A stretch of DNA of 62,950 nt, filler included, from Folioceros fuciformis (lineage: Eukaryota): NCBI GenBank assembly GCA_049999805.1. It is 4 parts of 4 records of this genome, joined end to end, with 100 filler letters (N's around TTAATTAATTAA, not from the genome) between each part and the next. Parts side by side here need not be neighbours in the genome. Positions count along the whole stretch, not along the records: positions 1 to 14,169 come from JBNGIO010006185.1; 3 more parts are not named here. One strand, 5' to 3'. The position numbers and the translations under genes are program-made. Below, piece after piece: positions 1 to 13,014 of the stretch. The stretch's first letter is position 1. Every line of letters begins with the position of its first letter. Under the pieces are notes generated by a model. The model was given only the letters and a program-made list of their open reading frames with translations. It was not told where the DNA came from and searched no databases.

Positions 1-295
1 GGAATGCTGCCGATGGCCAGGTGATGAAGGGTCGGAATGGCGAATGATTAGAACGGTGCCTGGCCAGGAAGGAAGGAGACGAATGCGGGCTGAAGAGGGA
101 CGTGCGAGCGACGCCGAGACACTGAACTCCCGAGGTTGACCCGGCTTTATAGCGGCTCGGCGCCACTCCGGGGCTCCCAGTTCCAGGCTGGCAGGCAAGC
201 GGGCCCTGAACAGTAGAGGTACAGTGCGGGATACGAATGCGCGTCTTGACCGCCTCGCTGCGCTAACCGCCACTTCCTCCGGATATCCGCGGACA

Positions 296-490
296 TTTCC
301 TGCCCTTGCCTTGCCTTGCCTTTCCTTTCCTTCCCTTGCCTTACCTTGCATTCCCTTGCCCTTTCCCTGCTGCCACGATTCCGTTCCTCCTCACGATCTC
401 TCCCTCCTCCTGGGCCCAGTTTTCCAGGCCGCTAATTAACCCAGGCCAAGCCAAGCCAACCAGAGAACAGCAGAGCAGAGCAGAGAAGAC
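296..490. repeat. Degenerate pentanucleotide microsatellites ((CCTTG/CCTTT)n, then (GCCAA)n and (GCAGA)n)
   Basis: Direct reading: tgcccttgccttgccttgcctttcctttcc... at 301-365; ccaagccaagccaa and cagagcagagcagag at 445-487. Confidence 0.75.
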
Positions 491-1580
491 CCGGCCCGTC
501 CCGAATCCCAACCGCGCTCCCTCCAGCCCGCCCATCCATTACGGAAGATGGGCCTTGTGAGATGTGATCTGCTCCACCCCCGTGATCACTGCTGTTTACC
601 CGTCACCAACCACAAATCCCCATGATCTCATTCCACCCGCTCCGCCGAGCTGGAGCTTTCTTAGCAAGCTCCATCCAGGCAAGGCGATGGGGGCGGGGAC
701 CAGGAAGTGGGGCCTCTCAATCATGTCACGGTAACCCTGGCTCCTTAATAATCGTGCTTGGCCTGCCTTTACCTATTCACATCAGAAATGTTATAAAATG
801 CTTCCTTCGATGGCTCGCGCCATGTTGGAATTCAAGTCCAGCGCAGTCTCGCCCACTCCAGCCCGGGTGACCGGCGTCAACGGCGGGCCAGGACTGACGC
901 CATCCTCCTCCCCCTCCTCCTGCTCCTCAAGAGACACTCCTCCCTGCGGGCGCCTCCAGCCTCCCTTCCTCCTCGCTTCCTTCCTGCCCGAAAAAGAAAC
1001 CCGGGTCCCGCATCCATCTCTGCAACGCTGGCCACTTGTCGCTGAAGCCGTCACATGTCCCGCTCCGCCTCGCGTGCGATTCAAGCCACACTGCACTCCT
1101 CGCTTTCACCCGTCTGTTACATGCATCGCAGGTGTTGGCTGATGAGAGGAACCTCGTGGCCTGGACTCTGGCAACCCTGCTGCGCTGATCTTGTGGATGG
1201 CTATTGCACATTATCCAACTTCAGAATCTTAACTCCGTCTTGTACTTTACTGCGCAGGGCTCCCTCACCCACTTCATTATGTTATTTGTCCTCCGGGATC
1301 ACCTTCTTATTCAAGACGCTGTCCCTGCTCTGCCATCTCCATCCCTAGTTTGTCTTTTCTCTCTTCAGCGGGACCGTATATCACCTGTGTCTTTGGCTTT
1401 GGTGCCAGCGTCTCAAACAAGCATGTCCTGTAAGTGCATTGTACAGCAGCAATCTGCATCGTGTGGACAATCAAGCCAAGCAGTTGAGAATAATGGATGG
1501 CTACAACGCACCTTGCTTCAGCGAGGAGACCGTGCCAGTGCTGCCAACCCATCACTTTCCCATGCCACTTTCCACAACAG

Positions 1581-1632
1581 TCCTAAACCCTAACAGGGTT
1601 AGGGTTTAGGAACTACCCCTAAGCCCTAAACC
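1581..1632. repeat. Interstitial telomere-like repeats with a 14-bp inverted repeat
   Basis: TCCTAAACCCTAAC-agg-GTTAGGGTTTAGGA (1581-1611) followed by CCCTAAGCCCTAAACC; plant TTTAGGG-type units. Confidence 0.8.
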
Positions 1633-4600
1633 ACTGAGATTGTGAAGCTGCGGGATTGATGAGGATGGATCCGCATTTGTGGAAGCAAAATCGATCTGCC
1701 TGTCAGGATTGATACGATGTGCACACCGGTCTACACCAGCTCAACAAATGCGGATTGGATTTTTCGATATCTAGATATTTGCTTGAAATCCCAGGCACCG
1801 ACCAGTGAAACATGTACGTGGTACCCACACCCGTCCTGGTCGGCAACTTGCGGTAGGCCACGCGCGGTCTACTGGTTCTCGAAGACTTCACCGTGTAGGC
1901 AGACCTTGTCGCAAACTTGCCTCGGCTGTCCGGCTTCAGTCAAGGACTGAATTCAATACAGAGGTTGGGGGAGGTAGTGTTTTCAGAATAGCAAAAGGGG
2001 AGGGCGGAACTGGGAGTTGTCTCTTGGACCTCGTTTCACCATTCCATTTTCTGCTGCTTTGTGCGCCAAAAAATATCTGGGGCAGGGCGGACCGGGCCAG
2101 TTGCAACTGGAGGCTGCTCTGCATTGACGTTCTGGTGGCGACTGGGGCGAGGCTGGACAAGCCCAAATTAGTCTGGTTGTGGCCGCGTCTGATATTTGCA
2201 TCTGTCTGTCTTCTTACATATTACCGGCCCAGTTTTGTGCACGTGTGTTGTGCAGGGCCGCCGGTGATGAAGATCTCTCCTCACCTTGGGTAAGGTGGCA
2301 CGAGAGCGTGCGAAATGAGATCTGAGCTTTCTGCCGGTTTCTAGGGTTTCCATTAGGTTAAAGGCAGACTGGGGGTGGACGAGGGACTTGTGATGTGGTT
2401 CGGATTGCAATCAATCACGTTGGCTACCGACGTACTTATGGGCTGTACTGATTGTATGTACCTGTGGCCAGCGGCAAAATTGGTTCTGTTCATGGCTTCC
2501 GTGATTGTTTGTAAGGGTGGGTGTAATCAGGACGATCTTGGAATTATTGTTTTTTGGTCTCAAATCTCTCCGATATTGGGGATATTAGGTTGATTTGTCT
2601 CGTTGTGGAGGAAGGGACAAGATTGGTGGGGGGGGGATAAGATAACGTTCTGAGATGTAGCATAAAGCCAAGGATAGGAGGGAGGCAAAATGCCTAGAGA
2701 ACGGTGTGGATGGCGGGTTGGAAGATTCTGATTGTGGGAAGCTTTTTGGGTTTAGTGCCTGGGAATGGAAGTGGAAGGATTTGTCTAGGAATTGCAGGCG
2801 TGTTGTTTGCGTCCTTTCCGTGCTGTGGCCGCATTGTGGACCAGGTCTATGTGTGATTCGTCGTCGTCGACATTTGTAACTCGTGCTTGCTCGGTCCTCT
2901 CTGTCTGTGGTGGATGGAGTTGCTTAGACTGCACACTATGTTTTCTAGCTGAGTTCTAGTGATTGGGAACTTTCTTCATTCTCGTGGTGGCTGTGTGTCT
3001 TCGGCCTGAAGCTAGCCATACCTTTTTTTAGGGCCCACACTTTGAAAGTGGCGGTCGTCTGGCATTGGAAGAAGGGGTCTCGAGTAGAGGTTGAGGGGAA
3101 GCGCTGACGATATAGTCTGGTAAGTGCTTTGACAAGCGGTGGTTCTGGGTTACTGTGAAATTGCGCAAGTCAGCCGTGGAGGCTGCAGTGTCACCTGCAG
3201 GACGGCGCAGGGCTGTCATGATCTCCATGGCCTCCTCCTTGGCTTGCAGCTCTGGAGCAGGTTGCACTGACCGCATGAGACATTTGGAAACCTAAATTAG
3301 ACAAGCTCCCGACATCCTCAGATTGCTGAAGTGCGGATGAAGGAACACTCACCTGCACCTGTACAAAGTGCCTTCTTCTTGATCAGAGAACCACAAAGCA
3401 GCAAAGTGCAAATTCAACCTCATTCCACCAGGTTCTGAACACACGACACTTGCGAATGACGATATGATTTCTCTACCATCCTCACGGAAGGTTTGGTGAC
3501 TTTGATGCATCCCAATAGGCTCTGAGTCTTTGGGGATCACCCACGACCTATTCCACTTCACTTCGCGCAGAATTGTTGACCCGAAATGGCGGAGATCAGT
3601 CCTCACAGACGTACGTGAACAGGTTTCTGACTGCGCAATTCCTCTGGGAATCTGAAGGAGATGGAATGCACTATACTATACTAGTGCTGAAATGGTCCTC
3701 CTCATGCTCGGTGCTAAAGTGACGTCACCATCGCAAGGTCATATCCAGAATCGAAGCCCTCACCAAGGACGAGATAGATTCGGGCCATCGTACGGAGTGG
3801 ACTTATTACTTCTCATACTCGACGTACAAGAACGGTAGGCTCTGGAACGAGGTAGGAATCAGGAAGTACTGGCATGAGTACTCTGTCATGTAACTCCAAT
3901 CTGACTTGAATGTTATCCGAATCCGATTTCAGAAATCCAGCGCGGGGCTCCCACCTAGGTTACCTGAAAGGATTAGCACTGCTGCTGAACAAAGCTCAAT
4001 CTGAAGAGGACTCTTCTTGCTTGTCAAAAAAATAGACTTACGAAGCGGTCCTTTAGGTAGCTTGGGGCTGTGGAGCTGGATGTGCTCTCCTTCGATCTAT
4101 GCTGCGCAGTAAGGATTGCATCCAGCTCAAACTATGTCGAGGTACTTCCAAAGCCGAAGTACAAGCACCTCCGTGGTTGGAGACATGGATCTGCTCGACT
4201 TGCTCTTGCTCCATCTCCCCATCCTTCACCTGCCAGAAACAGCTTCCTTGTCATTCCAGACCTGGCTCGATCCCTTGTACATTCCCCCGCAAGTGAAGCC
4301 AACTTCCGACTGAGGGGCTCCTGAACATCAGCAGCTCCAAAGTGTGTCGTGAACCTCTTTCTCAGACTGTCAACCTCTCCGCCCAATCTTTCACCCACCC
4401 AATCTTTCACCCGTCACCTCAAAACCATTCAGCAGATCCAGGAATCGACGTTCCTGGATGACGGCCTCCATCGAAGCACAGAAAGGTGCCACCTTTCATG
4501 TCGTGTCTCCATGCCACAATCTTCGGTTGTCGGCCAAACAACCAACCATTTCTCGGTCCTCAGCTAGCCTGATGTGCCCTCGTCCTACACAACGTCTCTT

Positions 4601-5404
4601 CAGCGGCTTGTCCGGCAGGAATGCCATCCATGTGCCCGAGACAGTCACATCTGCTCGTCCATCGCTTGCAGCTTCTCCACGACCGAGAGTGGCGAAACTT
4701 TTTAGACATAGGTAAAGAAACGTTTCTATCATTCCTCGGTCCCAAGCTGGGCGGCTATAACGCGTAGGCCGCAGTCCAAGAGATCTTGTTTCTTTCACGA
4801 AGGACTTGGGAGGCTCTGGCACGACGTGTATGGAGGGCTCCTTGTCTGACCGTCGTATGTATGTATTTGCGACCCAACCGGCCTGATGATCTCTGAACAA
4901 CGGACAGCACTACTTCAATGAACTGGACTTCGAGGGACCGTGGAAAGCTTCGGATATGCCAGACGGCAGCCTTCCAACTCCGTCGACAGAAAGTACACTA
5001 CGGAGACTGAACGAAAAGTGTGTTCAACTCTGACTACGAGATCGAGGCAAGTCTCCGCAACAGTTGGGATTCCGCGTTCGAAGTCCTGGGGAGTCTACCA
5101 CACATTCTGCAGTCAGCAGGGCGCCGGCTGCGTCTCCAAGACGACGAACCCAGGATAAGAGGGAGCTGCCCAGCCATGTCCCTCAACCAGTCCGTTCTTC
5201 TCGTCCAGTTCGCTAATTCGGCTTCTGATCTGGTGTCCACATCGCTTGTCCTACGGGGAGTGTTGAAAGATTTGTGACTGAGCTCGGGACTGGAGGCTCT
5301 GTTGTCTGTTTCTGCAGCCTTGCACGTTTGGAGTCTTGCTGGGTTTTTCGTCCTCTGAAAATTCCAGTGACGTTGCACGAGGAGGATACCATCAAGATTA
5401 CAAA

Positions 5405-6801
5405 ATGACGATCCAGGCGCTCAACAGCTGCGACAACGAGGCCATCCAGGTCGCCAAGTCCAGCATGTCGGGAGGCAACGGGGAAGCCAGCTACGCCAAG
5501 AACTCGCAATCGCAAGCACACGTCTTCAATTTNNNNNNNNNNTGCGCTACCGGCAGTAACACGTTGAATGCCGTGAAGAGCATTTTGGACGTGGTGAAGT
5601 ACAGATACCGGATTCTGAATGTGGAGATGCCGGAGGTGGAGGTCTCCTTTTCCGATCTCCCTTCCAACGATTTCAACACTATGTTCCAAGAATTGCCGCC
5701 TCTCAATCCTGCGGTGGCCAACCGGTCTCTCAAGGACTTCAGGCGAAATGCTAGCAAGAGGATTTTCTACGCCGGCGGTGTTCCCGGCTCCTTCTTTAAG
5801 GAGAGGCTCTTCCCTTCCAGAAGCATGCACATCATCTCATCCTTCTCGGCCCTGCATTGGCTCTCCGAGGTGAGCTTGCATTTCCCAATCTGCATTCCAT
5901 CCCGCCAGCAGCATTGTTGCCGATCCATATGGAGAAGGATGAAACCGACATGGATCTCCGGTCGGCTGTGTGCAGGTTCCCGCAGAGGTCGTAGACAAAC
6001 ACTCTCTGGCCTACAACAAGGACCGCATCTGGTTCGATGGGACCAGCGGACCAGTACGAGATGTCATCACCCAACAATCCGCGGCCGATTTGACGAAGTT
6101 TCTGCAGTTTCGAGCAGAAGAGCTGGTGCCCGGCGGCATTCTGGTGCTCATGTTCGGAGGCCGATTGGAGAAAGACCGTGTGAGGAACGGGGGGCGGGAC
6201 CTGGCTCACGGGGTAGAAGAGTTCCAAGGTCTGAGCGAGGCCGGCGAGTTGCTTCAACAAAGCTTCCAGGAACTCGTTTCCGAGGTACAAAACCAACTAC
6301 TTCCACAACTTCGCTCGCAATGGCTTTAACCCATTCCACCTCAAACCCACCTCCTCCTGCCACACTTCCCCACGATCCAATTCCTCCTGCCTCTCACAAT
6401 CATATGTACCACTCATTCATTCCCAGGGCGTGATCGAGCAAGAGAAGCTGGACACCTTCAACATCTCAGCTTACAGCAGAAGCCTGGCAGAAGTGAAGAA
6501 AGCTGTGAAGGAGTCGAGGCTGTTCGACATCCACTTACTGGACACCGTGGCCAAGGATGACATCATCCCGGCAGAGGAGAAGAAAAGAATGTGGCCTACC
6601 CGGGAAGCTTTTGGCAGGACCTGGGCAAACAAGACGAGGAGCGTGACATCGGGACTGCTCCACAGCCACATCGGGCCTGAGCTTTCAGACCTCTTGTTCC
6701 AGCGGCTGGAGGCCAAAGCCACCCAAAACTACGACAAGTACAGCAACATCAGGATGTGCGCAATCGTTGCAATTCTGGTCCGCCGATCTCAACAATCCTG
6801 A
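5405..6801 (+). CDS. SABATH-family (SAMT/IAMT/JMT-like) SAM-dependent methyltransferase, copy 1; exons ~5405-5869, 5976-6284, 6427-6801; N-gap at 5533-5542
   Basis: Motifs MSGGNGEASYAKNS, SDLPSNDFNT, GVPGSF, SFSALHWLS, FRAEELVPGG, LDTFNI; GT-AG introns restore the frame. The gap hides ~30 aa that are present in the paralog. Confidence 0.9.
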
Positions 6802-6829
6802 GAGGTGCTCCATCACTTACATCCAAGAA

Positions 6830-6910
6830 TTAGGGTTAGGTTTAGTGTTAGGGCTAGGGTTAGGGCTATGATTAGGGCTACGACCCGTAAGTGGGGCTAC
6901 TAAACCCCTA
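6830..6910. repeat. Degenerate telomere-like (TTAGGG/TTTAGGG) array
   Basis: ttagggttaggtttagtgttagggctagggttagggctatgattagggcta ... taaaccccta. Confidence 0.7.
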
Positions 6911-7911
6911 TTCTTACGTGTCAAATCCTTATACGTCATCATCTCCCCCTATGCAATTTTTTAAAACGATTCTTTACACTGTTGTTGCTGTAATGGCGGG
7001 GGTTTGGTTCTTCACCATCCTTTTCTTATCCTCCGATAGGCTAGATGTGGGTCGCGTTGGGTGCATGGGAGGTGGATGTGACGTTGTTTAATATTATATA
7101 ATAATATGTTAGGATTATATAATATTACATTTGTACTGTACCTGGAGCTGACAAACTTGGGTGGCCGAACCGCCATATGTCGCAGGAAGCGGTAGCTGCG
7201 GACTTCAGGGACAGGACACCAACTTTTGGGAGCAAACCAGCTGGCTCGCACGACAGGGGAAAATCTCGTACGTATGAACATAGTACACATTTCGATCCTC
7301 CACTTGGCCCTTGTCGGCTTGTGCCTAATCTCAACATGATCGATCTGGCCGGCCATTAGGGTTTCGCCATCGGCCGGGTGCTGGCCGCGAGTTTTCCTTG
7401 TCAATCTGCACTGCCGACGTGACGTTCCTGAAAGGCAAGGCCTCCAGGGAAATAGCACCGTACTGGGAATTGTCACGAGACGGGCGGAAGGTGAGCACAT
7501 GGCGCACAAGCCTGTCGAGGTCTGAATGACATCGTGACTGAAGACTGAGAACAAATTGCTTTGAACGCTTTTGACTAGTAGCCCCCGAGGCAACTGCGAT
7601 ACCGTGTAGACGGTGCAGACCTCAAGTCTGAACAAGTCGTCCGAACAGGCTGCAGAAAGTGTCGGGACATGCCGGCCAGAGGCTATAAGGGAGCTGTCTC
7701 GACGTCGTCACCAGCCATCACTCCTCTTACACATATTCCATGCACATTGCCACCCTGAGGCTCCTGCCTGAAGTGCGTTGAGACGTTGGAGTAGAGGCCG
7801 AGGGATTGCTTGGGACCGCTCTTTGCGCTCCCGCAGGCCTGAGGTTGCTGCCAACTGGTTTTGTTGCTCCTTGCTTGCAACTTGGAGGAGAGGTATCATC
7901 GAGACTGCAAA

Positions 7912-9386
7912 ATGACGATCGAGGCACGCAACGGCTCCGCCGGCGGGGCCGTTCAGGTTGCCAGATCCAGCATGTCGGGAGGTAACGGGGACGCCAGCTA
8001 CGCCAAGAACTCGCAATCGCAAGCTCATGTCTTCAATTACTGTGAGAGCATTCTCTACACCGCTCTGAGGGAGGTGCGGGACATCCCCGCTCCCCCGCCC
8101 GGTGTGCCAGCTCTAAGGATGGCGGATCTTGGATGCGCCACCGGCAGCAACACGCTGAACGCGGTGAAGAGTATCTTGGATGTGGTGAAATCCAGATACC
8201 AGAATGAGGTTGAAGAAATGCCGGAGGTGGAGGTCTTCTTCTCCGATTTGCCTTCCAACGATTTCAACACCTTGTTCCAGGAGTTGCCTCCGCTACATCG
8301 TGATTCCAACCGCTCCCTCAAGGATTTCAAGCGTACTTCTAGCAAGAGGATTTTCTCCGCCGGGGGTGTTCCCGGCTCCTTCTTCCAGGAGAAGTTGTTC
8401 CCTTCGAGGAGCATGCACATCATCTCCTCTTTCTCAGCCCTGCATTGGCTCTCCGAGGTGATTTACTCGCTTCCTCCTGTCCTTTGGTTCTCAGACGGAA
8501 TGCAGAACAAGCAGTGGCGGTTTCGTCTCACAAGGTCATAGGGAATCAATTTGACATCTTCATCATTTTCGAGTGCAGGTTCCGGCAGGGATCACGGACA
8601 AAGACAGCGATGCCTACAATAAGAACCGCATCTGGTTTGATGGAGCGCCTGGACCAGTGCGAGATGTCATTGCTCAACAGTCCGCATCTGATTTGAGGAA
8701 ATTTCTGCAATTTCGAGCGGAAGAGCTGGTGCCCGGTGGCCTTTTGGTTCTCATGTTCGGAGGAAGGTTGGATAAGGACCGACTTAAGACTGCAGGGGAC
8801 CGCACTAACGGAGTGGAAGAGTTTCAAGGCTTGAGTGAAGCAGGCGAACTGCTGCAACAAAGCTTCCAGGAGCTCGTTTCTGAGGTACGATTAGCTACAA
8901 ATCATTCACATCTCCAAGAACGCATCTCAAATTCAGATCCCCCGACTTTGTGCGGCTTCTTGCGCATGCCTCAACAGGATGGTTTCTTTATCTCATGACG
9001 TCCTCCATCTTCACTGACAGGGAGTGATTGATCAAGAGAAGCTGGACACTTTCAACATCTCCGCTTACAGTAGAAGTCTGGCAGAAGTGAAAAAAGCAGT
9101 GAAGGAGTCGAGGCTGTTCGACATCCACTTGCTGGACAACGTGGCGCAGGAGGACATCATCCCGGCGGAGGAGAAGAAAAGAATGTGGCCCAGCCCGGAA
9201 GCATTTGGAAGGAGCTGGGCCAACAAGACGAGGAGTGTTATATCAGGACTGCTCTACAGCCACATCGGGCCTGAGGTTTCGGACGCCTTATTCCAGCGGC
9301 TGGAGGCGAAGGCCACCCAGAGCTACGACAAGTACAGCAACATAAGGATGTGTGCTATCGTTGCTATCCTGGTCCGCCGACCTTGA
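7912..9386 (+). CDS. SABATH-family methyltransferase, copy 2; exons 7912-8457, 8579-8884, 9021-9386
   Basis: Complete motif set including MADLGCATGSNT and FFSDLPSNDFNTLF; same intron positions as copy 1 and a near-identical protein. Confidence 0.93.
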
Positions 9387-10687
9387 CAATTTTTAGGGCG
9401 GTGAAACATTCTTTATTATCGACTGTGCCGTCAGGTGGGCATAAGAAGGATCTGTTCCTGTAGTGCTTACGCCTCACATGTTCGGGAGACAGGGCATGTC
9501 TCCCACTATGTACATACATAGGTACATCCCAGTCAAGGCGGTCTTGCCTCTTCGAGGCATATGCTTCCCCTCTCCTCCAAAATCTCGCGAGAAGTCTTTG
9601 TCCAGTCGGGGCAGCTGTCTCCGCGATCCTTCACGATCGCTGCTAGCAAGTCATACTGGACAACCAATGCTGTCACCTTGTATACCTGAACAGATTCCAC
9701 TTGGTCAAACTATTGTTTCAAGGCAAAATGTTCGCGCCTGTTCGTCCGCTTTGTCCTTTTACAGAGATGGAAAGGTCCCCGACACGAAAAAACAAACCAG
9801 AAATCGGTGAAAGTGTGTACATCCGTTTTGTAACACACCAATCTCTCTGAGAGCCGCATATATATGTACAGTACGTGCCAAAAGACCTCCCATGGAGGAA
9901 CCCGTTTTCTCCGCAAAACTGAGAACCCAGGCGTCATACCAAAATTCGTTCCATGACGGTACCAACCGTTCTCCTGTCTAGGACCCAGGAGAAATCTGCA
10001 AAATGTCCAGGACGAGAAAGCGTTTCCAAATTGCTAGGTTCCACACCAAGGATTTTGCACCTCTTGAATTGAACTATCCTGATAATGACAACTTCTAGGG
10101 CTGGAACGCTTTCCCCAGCATGTGGCTAGGTCTCTTCATAAGAACAAAATCGCCTTCACTTAGAAATCCGCATAGGTATCCACTGCGGCAGGGGACAGGG
10201 AATGGCTTCACACCTCGAGCTCCTGATGAGGACCGGAAAGTGATAAAAAAATCGGATACACAGCCCTGATCAAACTTCTTGAATCAAGGTGGAAAGGATC
10301 ATAGTCTCCAAGAAACCAGCTCCCACGATATGAGATTGAAAACTCCAGGAACACAATTGGCTCCGACGGTACCACGTTACCCTGCAACTATGCATGAGCA
10401 CTTTACACAAGTCAAAACAACTGTCCCCCGGACAGATTGCACATCTTGCCCTTCTTGACGTTGAACTCTCCCTCAACTTGCGACTGTGCCAGGCCGTCTG
10501 CAGCCATAACGAATCAACGAGCTGGAACAAACAAACCTCGAATGGATACAAAATGAAAATCTGATTCTCGATGCCTGTTCCTGCTCGAGGCACTTCCTAG
10601 CTCCCAGGGAGAGTTGCCATTCATCAAAATGCGGCGGCGTACACAGGGTGGGCTTGCAATACGCCTGCCTGGCCATTAATAAAATAA

Positions 10688-11789
10688 CTAACGCAGCATA
10701 GAGTGTTTGCCATTCTTCGGACCTTCTGAAGTGACGATGTCCAAGTCCCTCATGCCTTGCTTCAAAGCACCTACAATTCTGGATATGGCATCAGTCTGCT
10801 GCCGGATTACTTCACGCATGTCTACCAGGCTCTGGTCATTGATTTTCCCAGCTACAGGCAGCATGGACCCCGAAGTGGTCCCGACCCCAGCCTGCATCCG
10901 TGAGACTGCTAGCAGCACATCCACCCTCCTCAGCAGCTCCACACTGGTCCCCTGCCACAATCCACACAAAACACGTCATCTCACTATGGTCGTACCGCAT
11001 CATCTTCCCCTGTAACGTCACCACTACAAACAATACCAACCTGTAGCTGGCGGTTGATCGATCGCAGCCGCTCTTGCAACTGTGCCTCCCCCCGGGTGAG
11101 AGCTATATGCAAACCCTTGCCCTCCAAACCCTCCACAATGCGCATAAGCTTGAGCAGTCGGCACTGCAACAAAACATATTCCAGTGTCCACTCTGTGAGA
11201 AAAGGTCATACATCCTCTGCAGCCTCGTGCACCAACATGGCCTCAGGGATGCTAGAACATTCGAGTCCATGCAAGTAACAACCCAACGTTCACACAGTAC
11301 AAGTCTGCCATCCTTGTTCCAAAAACACAGCAGAAAAGTTCAAACCTGCAAATCCTGCTCCTTCCGCCGCAACTTTTGTACCCAGGGGAGCGTATCTGTC
11401 TGAAAGTGCCGCTGCAGCACCTTCACATTGGCCTCCGTCGCCCTCAGCCTTTGCACGTCGTCAGCCAGTGCCTGGTCTTGCAGCTGCAGCCGAATGGACA
11501 AATCCTTAAACCCTGACAGCAGCTCCGGCCAAAGCTTCTCCCGCTCCTGCGGCTCCAGGCCCTCCATCTTGTTGATTGCCTCTGCCCACAGAATGTCCGA
11601 TACGCCCAGAGGTTTCACCCTCGTCTTGGGGTCCGTCACAGAGAGCAAGAGATGCCGGAAGCCATAGCGCGGGTTGGCGGGCTCGTGGTTGTACGCATCG
11701 ATGATGGGTTGCACCTCCCTGGCAGGCAGCGTCACTGCCAGGGGCGCCACCGGCGCCATCTGCGTCGTCAACTGGTTGCTGCCGTACAT
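10688..11789 (-). CDS. NUP54: Nucleoporin Nup54 homolog lacking the N-terminal FG region; exons 11789-11346, 11163-11041, 10951-10688
   Basis: QLTTQMAPVAP, NPRYGFRHLLLSVT, LWPELLSGFKDLSIRLQLQD, MRIVEGLEGKG and QSLVDMREVI match plant NUP54 as I recall it; canonical GT-AG introns. Confidence 0.88.
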
Positions 11790-12009
11790 GGTTCCAGATC
11801 ATGTGCCTCAATCCCCGTCCTCCCGACTTCACAAAAATCCACACTCCTGCCACCCACAAGCCAAAATTCTCCCTCGCACCCCGCGTCGCTCACATTATCT
11901 TTCCCGCGTCGTTCACGTTATCTTTCCTTTTGACTACTATCTTGGGTTTACAAGCTTTTCCCTCCTTGCCTCTCGGAAGACGAGCAGGCAGGCTGGTGCC
12001 TCAGCAGAA

Positions 12010-13014
12010 ATGGCGGCTGCAGCGGTCGGGCCCGGTGGGCAAGGAGCGCTGTCTCTCACTCGCCTGACCACTTTGCAATCCTTGTCCAGCGGCTCAGAGC
12101 TGAGATGCCAGACCCGGGGCTCCCGCTGCTCCGCCACCCTGGTGCTGGAGAGCCCGTCTGTGATGCCGGTGCCTTCTACCCGGAGCACCGCTGAGCCAAC
12201 CAGCAGTGGGTCTGGATTGGACGGGACAATCTACTTCTTCGAAGCGATTGGGGTGGATTCCGACACCGTGTTCTCCAAGTACCCTGCCATTGTCACCGTC
12301 CCTTTGAGCAGACTGGAAGCAGCATTTTGCTTCCTCAAGAACTGTGGGTTGCAAGGAAGGGAGTTGTCCAGAATCGCTAGGAACTGGCCGCAGGTCCTGG
12401 GCTGCAGCGTCGAGGAGCGGCTCCAGCCCAACCTTGACTTTCTGCTAACAGAGGTTGGAGTGGAGAAGAAGGATATCAAGAAGCTGCTCACCAGGGCTCC
12501 CAGGATCCTTGCAACTAGTATAGACTACCAGCTTCGGCCGGCACTAGAGTATCTCCGGTCTCTTGGTCTCACTGACTTGGGTGTCCTGGTGTGCAACAAT
12601 CCAACTGTGCTTTCCGCCGGGATAGAGACTAAGTTGAAGCCCAAATTTGAGTATCTCAAGGGCTTGGGTTTCTCACATGAGTGCGCTGTGGGGATGGTGT
12701 GGAGGTTTCCTTCTATCTTCAACTACAGCATCGAAACCAACCTTATTCCAAAGGTTGAGTATCTGACCAAGGAAATGGGGCGTGATGTAGAGGAACTGAG
12801 AGTGTTCCCGCAGTTCTTTGGATACAGTTTGGAGCAAAGAATCAAACGAAGACATGTGTATCTGGTTGAACGAAATCTAAGAATTTCTCTTGCCAACATG
12901 CTCAAGCGTGAGGATGAGTCTTTTTTCAAGATATGCGCAGATGTTTCACTGTGGAAAGGAAGGAGATCTATAGCTGTAGCAGCCTCTTCTCAAGAAGTTC
13001 CAAGACGTGACTAA
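12010..13014 (+). CDS. mTERF-family organellar protein, single exon; likely start ATG 12010
   Basis: mTERF repeats (WPQVLGCSVEERLQPNLDFL, APRILATSIDYQLRPALEYL, FPSIFNYSIETNLIPKVEYL, FPQFFGYSLEQRIKRRH) after an S/R-rich transit-peptide-like N-terminus. Confidence 0.92.
   Translation: MAAAAVGPGGQGALSLTRLTTLQSLSSGSELRCQTRGSRCSATLVLESPSVMPVPSTRSTAEPTSSGSGLDGTIYFFEAIGVDSDTVFSKYPAIVTVPLSRLEAAFCFLKNCGLQGRELSRIARNWPQVLGCSVEERLQPNLDFLLTEVGVEKKDIKKLLTRAPRILATSIDYQLRPALEYLRSLGLTDLGVLVCNNPTVLSAGIETKLKPKFEYLKGLGFSHECAVGMVWRFPSIFNYSIETNLIPKVEYLTKEMGRDVEELRVFPQFFGYSLEQRIKRRHVYLVERNLRISLANMLKREDESFFKICADVSLWKGRRSIAVAASSQEVPRRD

Noticed and set aside
798-1420. Possible spliced gene with a DUF202-like LADERNLVAW segment
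   Set aside because: An in-frame stop follows immediately and no consistent exon chain could be built.
1630-5280. Possible decayed retroelement or gene remnants
   Set aside because: There are coding-like patches but no RT, transposase or other motif I can identify.
5405-9386. SABATH genes as members of the terpenoid cluster
   Set aside because: They are separated from it by two artificial contig spacers, so linkage is not shown.
11674-11789. Apparent coding overlap of the mTERF ORF with NUP54
   Set aside because: The ORF track starts at an upstream TTG. The plausible mTERF start is ATG 12010, so the CDSs do not overlap.
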